From positions 2,542,001-2,606,000 of the forward strand of contig JBHGNT010000006.1 of the NCBI GenBank assembly GCA_043228905.1: a stretch of DNA of 64,000 nucleotides, given 5' to 3'. Positions 41,770-51,572 of this stretch are shown here, piece after piece. The DNA comes from Azolla caroliniana (taxonomy: Eukaryota > Plantae > Polypodiophyta). Position 1 is the first letter of the stretch; the number at the start of each line of letters is the position of its first letter. Below the pieces are notes generated by a model. The model ran no database searches and was not told the origin of the DNA. It saw only the letters and a list, made by a program, of their open reading frames with translations. The translations under genes and the position numbers were made by a program.

Positions 41770-43577
41770 TGTCAAGACTGAGAGAGAGAAAGAGAGAGAA
41801 AAAGAGATAGAGAGATAATTGAAAGAGAATTATTATATTGAAGCGTAAAATGGATTACAAAGAGTAGGCTACAAAATGGTGTTGAACCAATTTAGGTTTG
41901 GGATGGGTGGTAGATCCCTATTTATAAGTAATAGAGAACACTCTAGAATATTCTAGGTTATCCTAGAATGTAGATTAATCTAAAAGATCTCTAGAGTATT
42001 CTAGAAGGTTCTAGTGGTATAGAACACTCTAGAATATTCTAGGTCATTCTAGAATGTAGAGTAATATAGAATATTCCTATGATATTAGATTTCATATTCT
42101 AGAGACTATACATATAAGAATATTAATACAATGGTTAAGGATTTGACATGTGTACAACAAGGTCGTGGGGTTCAAATCCTTTCGAGTCATAATGTGAGTG
42201 TCATGATCCTTTCGATGCATGATGTGAGTGTTATCATGACACTATCCCCCTTCTTCGATGACACGTCTCACGGGTCGTAGGGTTTGTATTAGGACTTGGT
42301 TTACAAGGATATTGGCGATGAAATGCATTGATGAGTTTTGTAGCATTGGAAAGATTTGCGGCAAGTTCCCAAGTTCGATCATTGGGGGTATAGCCTAGCC
42401 AATCGACTAAGTAATACAACTTGTTGCGCACGATTTTAGAATCGAGAACGACAGCAACTTCAAATTCAGGCCCGTCCAAGAACTCGACAGGTGGGGGGGG
42501 TGTCGTGAGTCGGCCTGGAATTGAACTTGTAGTATAAGGTTCCAAAAGGGATACATGAAACACCGGATGAAGATGCATGTGTGGAGGGAGGTCAAGACGA
42601 AATGCAACATCACTTATCTTACCAGTGATCATGTAAGGGCCAAAACGTTGGTAATACAATTTACTGCAAGGTCGAGTGGTCTTGATGTTGTGTTGGAGAA
42701 GCCATACATGATCCCCAATGCAGAACTTTTTTGAGTAGTCTAGACGATGTCGATCGGCAAGCCTCTTGTGTGTAAATAGAGCATCGTGCAAATTGTGGAG
42801 AATGTTAGCTTGAATTTCTTGGAGGCGACTAAGACGATCCTCGGCAGCAGGGTTGGTAGGAACTTCTGGATGCTCATTCATCGTCCACCAAGGATGACAA
42901 CTCGTATTTGTGAAAAATGGGGAATATCCTGTAGAAGAATGGGCTGAGTTGTTGTAAACGAATTCCGTCAAGTGCAAAAAAGCAACCCAATCATCTTGTT
43001 GATAGTTGATGAAACAACAAAGATATTGTTCCAATGTCTGGTTGGTACGCTCTGTTTGGCCATTTGTTTCAGGATGATAGCCCGAAGAAAGCTTAACTGA
43101 AATGTGGAGAAGTTTGAAACTCTTTGTAAGCCATTTTACGCTTCAATATAATAATTCTCTTTCAATTATCTCTCTATCTCTTTTTCTCTCTCTTTCTCTC
43201 TCTCTCAGTCTTGACAGTTTGAACCAATTTAGGTTTGGGATGGGTGGTAGATCCCTATTTATAAGTAATAGAGAACACTCTAGAATATTCTAGGTTATCC
43301 TAGAATGTAGAGTAATCTAGAAGATCTCTAGAGTATTCTAGAAGGTTCTAGTGGTATAGAACACTCTAGAATATTCTAGGTCATTCTAGAATGTAGAGTA
43401 ATATAGAATATTCCTATGATATTAGATTTCATATTCTAGAGACTATACATATAAGAATATTAATACAATGGTTAAGGATTTGACATGTGTACAACAAGGT
43501 CGTGGGTTCAAATCCTTTCGAGTCATAATGTGAGTGTCATGATCCTTTCGATGCATGATGTGAGTATTATCATGACA
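41770..43577 (-). mobile_element. Internally deleted Ty3/Gypsy chromovirus (Tcn1-like) nested in the Copia-A integrase; LTRs 41770-42241 and 43119-43577 (rearranged)
   Basis: Integrase C-terminus (YHPETNGQTER, FGPY, HPVFHVSLL) and chromodomain (YYLVDWLGYTPNDRTWE). PPT AGGGGGATAG abuts TGTCATGA. TSD CTGGA/CCGGG (ancestral CCGGA) restores the host reading YNPR.K.VRV.RDV. Confidence 0.92.
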
Positions 43578-43939
43578 CCGGGCAAAGTAGGTCCGAGTTT
43601 GTCGAGATGTCGAGTTCGATAAATCGGCATCGTGGTACTCCTTACTGGCCCCGACTTCCGAATCTGACCCAATGCCAGACGATGAGGCTAGTGAGCCTGA
43701 ACCGGCCCAGGTAGATGATGATGAAGCGTGGACTCAGGATGAGAGTCCGGAATCGTTTCGGTTGGGCGGGCCGAACGAGAGACTAAGTCAATCTGACTAG
43801 TCTGATGAGGGAACCGACGAGTAGCGAGACTCTGCCGTGCACTCCTCGCGCAAGGAACCGAGGAGACGGTTCACGCGCAAAGAGAAAGGGAAGAAAAAGA
43901 TGCCGGAATTCGAAACCGGCAACGATGAGTTGGGTCGGT

Positions 43940-44369
43940 GTGTATCCGACTCCGGCAAGGACAAAGGCGGATCTTTGGCAACGAAGACCGAAGACCGAAT
44001 GAAGTGCGTGAGCCGGAGAGCTACGCAGAAGCGGCCAAGGACACAAATTGGTGTGCCACTATGGAGGAAGAAATGCGGGCACTTGATGTCAACGAGACAT
44101 GGGACCTGGTTGATCCTCCTCGTCACTCTGTATAAATCGATCAGATGCAATTGGGTGCATCCGACTCCGGCAAGGACAAAGGCGGATCTTTGGCAACGAA
44201 GACCGAAGATCGAATGAAGTGCGTGAGCCGGAGAGCTACGCAGAAGCGGCCAAGGACACAAATTGGTGTGCCACTATGGAGGAAGAAATGCGGGCACTTG
44301 ATGTCAACGAGACATGGGACCTGGTTGATCCTCCTCGTCACTCTGTATAAATCGATCAGATGCAATTGG
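43940..44369 (+). repeat. 215-bp tandem duplication inside Copia-A pol
   Basis: TCCGACTCCGGCAAGGACAAAGGCGG occurs at 43945 and 44160. The ORF track shows the duplicated peptide. Confidence 0.95.
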
Positions 44370-46374
44370 GTGTACAAAGTAAAGTACAATGCCGACGATT
44401 CAGTTAACCGGTACAAGGCCCGGTTAGTGGCGAAGGGATATGCGCAGACCCACAGAATCGACTATGACGAGACCTTCGCTCCTATAGCGAAGATGACGAC
44501 GGTTCGAGTGGTGCTGGCGTTTGTTGCGGCAAGGGGGTGGCATCTTCATCAGATGGATGTGAAGAATGCATTTCTTGAAGGTGATCTTGAAGAAGACGTC
44601 TTTATGACTCAGCCTCCCGGTTTTCAATCGGAGATGAACAAGTCGGCGGTATGTTGGCTGAAGAAGTCGTTGTACAGCCTGAAGCAAGCCCCTCGAGCTT
44701 GGAATGCGAAGATCACGCACCGGTTGCGTAAGATGGGGTTTGTGACCTCCAAATCGGACTCTTCGTTGTTCATCCGGCAAGGCTCAGCCGGTCCGGTATG
44801 TATACTGATGTATGCTGATGATCTAGTCATCACCGGATCGGGTGTTCCAGAAATCAACTGCATCAAGTCCCTGTTGTCGGACGCATTTGAGATGAAGGAT
44901 CTGGGGGACCTTCATTATTTCCGTGGGATCGAGGTGATCCGAACCCCCGACGACATATTGCTCTCACAACGACATTACGTCTTGAATATGCTATACAAGT
45001 TCGGCATGACAGAATGCCGACCTGTCTCCACACCCTTGGACTGGAACCAGAAGCTTCGTCCCAACTCCAGACCGGCCTGCAACGAGCAACGGTTCCGACA
45101 AATTTTCGGAAGCCTTCTTTACTTGACTATCATGCAACCCGACATCAGCTATCTGGTCGGAATGATAAGTCAGTTCATGCAGAAGCCGACCATGGAGCAC
45201 CTTCAATGGGCGCAACGGATATTGCGGTATGTCAGCGGCACGAAGGACCAGGGACTGTTATACCGGCGAGGTATAACCGAAGAGCTCGTCGGTTACACGG
45301 ATGCCGACTAGGCCGACGATGCATCAGATCGCCGATCAACCTCCAGTTACATGTTTTCCCTAGGTAGCGCAGCTGTTGCGTGGAGCAGCAAAAAGCATCC
45401 AACAGTTGCTCTGTTGAGCATTGAGGCTGAGTATCAGGGCGCTACCATTGCCACCTGTGAAGCCATTTGGCTTCGACGACTGCTGCAAGACCTACGGATC
45501 GAGGTACCGACCCCGATTTTGGTCTACTACGACAACATAAGCAGCATGCAACTCGCCAAGAACCCCGTATTCCATGCTCGCACAAAGCACATAGAAGTGC
45601 ACTATCACTTCGTGCGTGAGCGTGTCCTGAGCGGTGAGGTTGAACTTCGGTATGTTCACACGGATCGGCAAGTTGCTGACATCATTACCAAACCACTCGG
45701 ATCGGACAAGTTGTAGCACTTCACCGAAATGCTTGGTGTTCAGCATCTCGACGTGCCACACTTGAGGGAGACAACAGGCAAAGACACCGGAATGGGCAAA
45801 GGCAAAGAGACTGCCGATTGCACTGGTGAGGGAACAACAGCAGGCGGCAGAGTCAAGAAGGACAGAGCCGACCGAAGGAAGAAAGCCAAGACCCGGACAT
45901 GGTCCAATGTGGTGAAGGGCTTGGAACCAGAAGAGGAATCGGGAGCAACCGATTTGGACAAGAGTTGGAACGAATCGGAGATAATCGATTCGGTTCAACA
46001 GACAGATTCGGAAGAACCGGATCAATTCAAGGCCAAGCAGACACAGATGCAGCAGGAAGTCGATGCCATCGTGGAGGAACCAACGAATCGATAAGCGTCG
46101 GAGTCATAGCAACGAAGGAGCTGAGAGGAGCCTATTGAGCAGACATACCGACCGAGAAGGTCGAGGCACGCAGAACAAGAGGGGTCACGGACAATAGAAT
46201 TGGACCAGATGAGGAGTGCGAGCAAGGCGGAGCGATGCCAAGAGAAGTCGGTTGGAAGAACCGACTGCCATAGAGACTGACACTAGGATCCAACCTCAAG
46301 TTGGTTGGGAGACAGGTCCCTCCGGATGGGAAGGGAGAAGAACAGTGCTAATGAATAAACTCGGCCAAGGCCGA

Positions 46375-46815
46375 AACCGTATGAGGAGTCCCCGGCTACG
46401 GAGAGCTGGATGGTGCAGATCTGGTGAGAACCGGATGAGGAGTCCCTGGCTACGGAGAGCCGGATGGTGCAGACTCGGTCAAGACTGGATGAGGAGTACC
46501 CGGCTACGGAGAGCCGGATGGTGTAGACCCGGTGAGAACCGGATGAGGAGTCCCTGGCTACGGAGAGCCGGATGGTGCAGACTCGGTCAAGACCGGATGA
46601 GGAGTACCCGGCTACGGAGAGCCGGATGGTGCAGACCCGGTCAAGACCGGATGAGGAGTACCCGGCTACGGAGAGCCAGATGGTGCAGACCCGGTGAGAA
46701 CCGGATGAGGAGTCCCTGGCTACGGAGAGCCGGATGGTGCAGACCCGGTGAGAACCGGATGAGGAGTACCCGGCTACGGAGAGCCGGATGGTGCAGACCC
46801 GGTCGAGACCGGATG
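46375..46815 (+). repeat. 54-bp tandem array, 8 units, in the Copia-B 5' LTR
   Basis: Unit ACCGGATGAGGAGT(A/C)CC(C/T)GGCTACGGAGAGCCGGATGGTGCAGAC(C/T)CGGT(GAGA/CAAG). The ORF shows an 18-aa periodicity. Confidence 0.95.
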
Positions 46816-49800
46816 AAGAGACATATTCGTAAATATGTTTCTAAGAGTCCATCATGGCTATATTTGTAAATAGACGAAAATTCATATTAGTATAAATATG
46901 ACTTAGGGCAAACTTTTTGTTGTTGTTGTAATTCTTGTCTACGTGAGATCGGAGCGCGTAACTGTGTACAGAGAGAGAGAGAGAGAGAAAGAGGTCGTTG
47001 CCTCAGTTGTAACCAGCGCCTGTGGCGAAGACCGTGAGCACGAGGTCATTGCCTCCGTGAACTCACTGTTGTACATTCAAACATAGTGATAGTTTGCAGC
47101 CTGTGGGCTGCCGTGGTTTTTTCCCTAGTTTGGGATTTTCCACGTAAACATCCTGTGTACACTACTCTTCTTTGTGTCGTGCATTCTTTATTTCCCGTTT
47201 TGTGTGTATGATTCTAAGCTCGGTTGTGGCCGAGCGTTGCGTATAAGGAGCGTGCGGTTCCGTCAAGTGGTATCAGAGCGAAACAACACAGAAAATGGAC
47301 GAATCGTTTGGCGGCATGTTCAAGTTCACCGGCTCCAACTATTCGGTATGGAAGTCGAAGATGAGGTACATGCTCGTGGTTAAAGATCTTTGGTTATCGG
47401 TTCAGTTCGGGGACAAGAGACCAGACAAGATCGACGCCACAATATGGGAGGTGATGCACATGAAGACAACGGCGTACATACGGTGCTTCATCGACATGAG
47501 CCTATATAACAACTTCGATGAAGAGAGCAAGGCTCATGAGCTCTGGGAGAAGATCGACATTATGTTTCAAAACAAAAATGTTGTTAATTAGGTTTCAGTA
47601 TTCCGAAAGCTAGTAAGACTCTGGTACCAAGATGGCTCCAGCATGGCGGAGCACATGAATGCCTTCCAGGGGCTGATCCACCAGGCAACTTCATTGGAAG
47701 TACCTCTCGCCGATGAGGTACTAGCGCTGCTCCTGCTCGGTTCCCTCCCGGATAGCTGGGAGATGTTGGTTGTCACATTGGGCAATGCCGGGCCGGAAGG
47801 AAAACGGCTATCCCTAGCAAGAGTAAAGTCGAGCTTGCTAGACGAGGAGGCGCGTCAGAAAGATAAAGATACGAGCTCCGCCTCCAAAGCGCTCCTTACC
47901 GAATCGGAACGCGGGAGACATAGAAACCGTAGTCCCCAGAACCGGGAGAAGTCGGGGACACGGTCAAAGTCAAGGGGAAGGCCTACTTGCTTCTATTGTG
48001 GCAAGCCGGGACACTTCCCAAAGAACTGTCGGCATTTCCGAAAAGACAAGGAAACCGATGGTACCGATTCGAAGCGGACCCTGGACCGGAACGGTAAAGA
48101 CCGGAGGGGGCCACACCGGAAGGGAACGACGGCAATCGCGGCAAGCGAAGAAGAGTTGATGCTCATCACCGAGGAGAGTGAGATAAACCTTGCCAGCGAC
48201 GAGATGACTTGGGTGGTAGACTCCGGAGCGTCGTTCCACCTTACCCCGGACCGGAAATGCTTCTCATCCTACTCAGCCGGTGATCATGGCTGTGTCCGGA
48301 TGGGGAATGAAGGTACATGCCGAATTATCGGCATAGGAGACATGTGGTTGTCAACACCAACCGGATGCAAGTTGTTGCTGAAGGATGTCTGACACGTTTC
48401 GAAGGTTTGTCTGAACCTGATATCAGCTAATCGGCTAGATGATGAAGGCTACACGGGTAGCATCCGGAACGGTGTCATGAAGTTCAGCAAAGGGAGCCTG
48501 ATTGTGGCTCGGGCACTGTACCTGATGAATGCCGGTGAGCTGTGGCACAAGAGGCTGTGTCATATGAGCGAGAAGGGGATGAAGAGGCTTGCAGACGACA
48601 ACCTCATTCCAGTGAAGAACGTGCACTTGGAGAAGTGCACTGATTGTTTGGCCGGTAAACAAAACCGGACCTCTTTCCGACCAAGGCCACCGATGAGACG
48701 TAATGCACCACTGGAATTGGTGCATACAGATGTGTGTCAAGTAGACACGAAGTCACATGCCGGAGCGCAGTACTTCGTGACATTCATAGATGACCACAAC
48801 CAGAAGCTGTGGGCCACACCGTTGAAGACGAAGGATCAGGTGCTATCCGTCTTCAAAGAGCTCCATGCGAGAGTGGAAAGAGAAACCGGCCGGAAGCTGA
48901 AGGTGGTTCGAGCAGATAACGGAGGAGAATACCGGGGGCAATTCGAGGAGTACTACTGCTCGAAGGGAATCCGGCTCGAATTTACCATGCCGAAGATGCC
49001 GAAACTAAACGGACTGGCTGAGAAGATGAACCGGACCATAATGGAGAGGGTCCGGAGTATGCTAGCGCATGCAAAACTACCCAAGAAGTTTTGGGCTGAG
49101 GCATTGTCGACGACGACATATGTGATAAATAGATTCCCCTCAGTACCCTTGGACGGAGACACGCCACAGAGAGTGTGGACCGGTAAGGAAGTATCCTACC
49201 GGCATCTGAAGGTGTTCGGGTGTCTCGCGTACGTGCATGTAGCTAAGGACCGGAGAGGAAAGTTAGATCCAAAGACCCGTCCATGCATATTCCTCGGTTA
49301 CGGTGACGATGAGTTCGGCTACCGAGTGTGGGCCCTGGTCGACAAGAAGGTATTCTGGAGTCGAGATATTATCTTCATGGAGGACAAGACACTCGCCGAC
49401 TGGGAGTCGGAGAAGAAGATAATGAACTCCGAGTCGACTGGTAAGGATAGACTCTACAATGAACAGACCCAACTGGCAAGAGACCGGCTAGTACTCGAGG
49501 AGCCAGCCGGTTACGGTGAGGATACCGAACAGGCTGAAGAAGAAGTAGAGGAAGCTCAAACCGGAACTGGTCAAGACCCCGAATCGGATTCGGATGAAGA
49601 ACAAATGGAGGAGCCGGTTACCGAAGCCCGAAGACGGAGATATCCTCTCAGAGAGAGAAGGGCGCCCCGGAGATTTCCGGATGCAGAGCATGTTTTGCTG
49701 ACCAATGAGGGGGAGCCGGAAAGCTTCGAAGAAGCGAAGGATGACACCCATAGCTGCAAATGGTTAAGTGCCATGCAAGATGAGATGGATTCCCTGCATG

Positions 49801-51346
49801 AGAACCATACGTACGAATTGGTGGAGTTGCCGAAAGGAAAGTGGGCACTCCAAAACAAGTGGGTGTACAAGTTGAAACCGGGAGATGCCGGCAACCCCCC
49901 GAGATACAAAGCCAGGATCGTGGTGAAGGGGTTCCAGCAGAAGAAGGGCATGGACTTCGACGAGATATTTGCCCCGGTAGTAAAGATGACCTCCATCCGG
50001 ATGGTGTTCAGTATGGCGGCGAGCATGGACCTCGAGGTAGAGCAGCTGGACGTGAAGACGACATTCCTTCACGACGACCTCAAAGAGGAGATCTACATGC
50101 AGCAACTGGAAGGATTCGTGGAGAAAGGGAAGGAGCACCTGGTATGCCGGTTGAAGAAGAGCCTCTACGGGTTGAAGCAAGCCCCCCGGCAATGGTACCG
50201 AAAGTTCGACTCCTTCATGACCGATCAAGGGTACCACAAGACGCAGGCCGATCACTGCGTGTTTGTGAAGAAGTTCGAAGGAGGTGACTTCTTGATACTC
50301 CTGTACGTGGACGACATGTTGATCGTCGCACGGGACCAAGTCAAAATACGGATGCTGAAGAATGCTCTCAACCGGACCTTCTCAATGAAAGACTTGGGTC
50401 TGGCAAGACAGATGCTGGGGATGCATATTATCCGGAACCGATCAGCGTAGCAATTATGGTTGTCACAGGAGAAGTACGTGACAAAGGTGCTTCACCGGTT
50501 CAACATGTCAGATGCAAAAACCGGTCGGATCGACACTTTCGGCAAACTGCAAGCTATCCGGTAAGCAAAGCCCGAAGACGAAAGCAGAGAAGGCGGATAT
50601 GATGAAGATTCCATATGCCTCTGCCGTCGGGAGCTTAATGTACGCAATGGTTTGTACCCGACCGGATATAGGATACGCAGTCGGAGTGGTGAGCCGGTTT
50701 ATGAGCAATCCCGGCAAGGAGCCCTGGAACGCGGTCAAATGGATACTCCAGTATTTGAAGGGCACTTCAAATATGTGTCTCCGATTCGGCTCCGGAAAAC
50801 CTCAACTTGACGGTTTCACCGATTCGGACATGTCGGCTGATGTGGATACCAGCCGGTCTACATCCGGGTATGTAATGACATATGCAGGGGGAGCTGTTTC
50901 CTAGCAGTCGAGGCTGCAGAAGATAGTTGCATTGTCAACCACGGAGGCGGAGTACATGGCGGCTGTGGAAGTCGGCAAGGAAATACTATGGATGAAGGAC
51001 TTCATCGGAGAGCTCAATATCCGGCAAGATGAATACCGGCTCTATTGCGACAGTCAAAGTGCCATCCACCTTGCTAAGAATGCGGCCTACCATTCCCGGA
51101 CGAAGCATATCCAGCGAAGATATCACTGGATCCGGGAAAGAGTAGATGACCAGGAGTTCGCACTGACGAAGATCCACACGGCCGAGAACGGGTCAGATAT
51201 GCTGACCAAAGTGCTGATACCCGACAAGCTGGATGCATGCCGGAAGAGGATCGGACTAGTGAGACACCCCATGCCGGAGTGAAGGGGGAGTTTGTTGGGA
51301 GAAAGGTCCCTTCGGATGGAAAGGGAGAAGAACAGTGCGAGGCCGA

Positions 51347-51572
51347 AACCGTATGAGGAGTCCCCGACTACGGAGAGCTGGATGGTGTAGACCCGGTGAG
51401 AACCGGATGAGGAGCCCCCGGCTATGGAGAGTCGGATGGTGCAGACCCGGTCAAGACCGGATGAGGAGTACCCGGCTACGGAGAGCCGGATGGTGCAGAC
51501 CCGGTGAGAACCGGATGAGGAGTACCCGGCTATGGAGAGCCGGATGGTGCAGACCCGGTCGAGACTGGATGA
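51347..51572 (+). repeat. 54-bp tandem array, 4 units, in the Copia-B 3' LTR
   Basis: Same unit as 46375-46815, with four copies. Confidence 0.95.

Noticed and set aside
42117-42195. Functional tRNA gene
   Set aside because: The A/B boxes are present but the acceptor, anticodon and T stems do not pair. It is kept only as a tRNA-derived promoter-like module.
46375-46815. CRISPR-like or hammerhead-like reading of the 54-bp array
   Set aside because: There are no unique spacers and the context is a eukaryotic LTR. CCGGATGAG is not the CTGATGA core, and no GAAA partner occurs within the units.
46216-46869. 217-aa Arg/Trp-rich repeat ORF (and the 96-aa ORF at 51335-51625)
   Set aside because: It is a translation of the 54-bp LTR array and crosses the Copia-A/Copia-B insertion boundary. 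It is not a gene.
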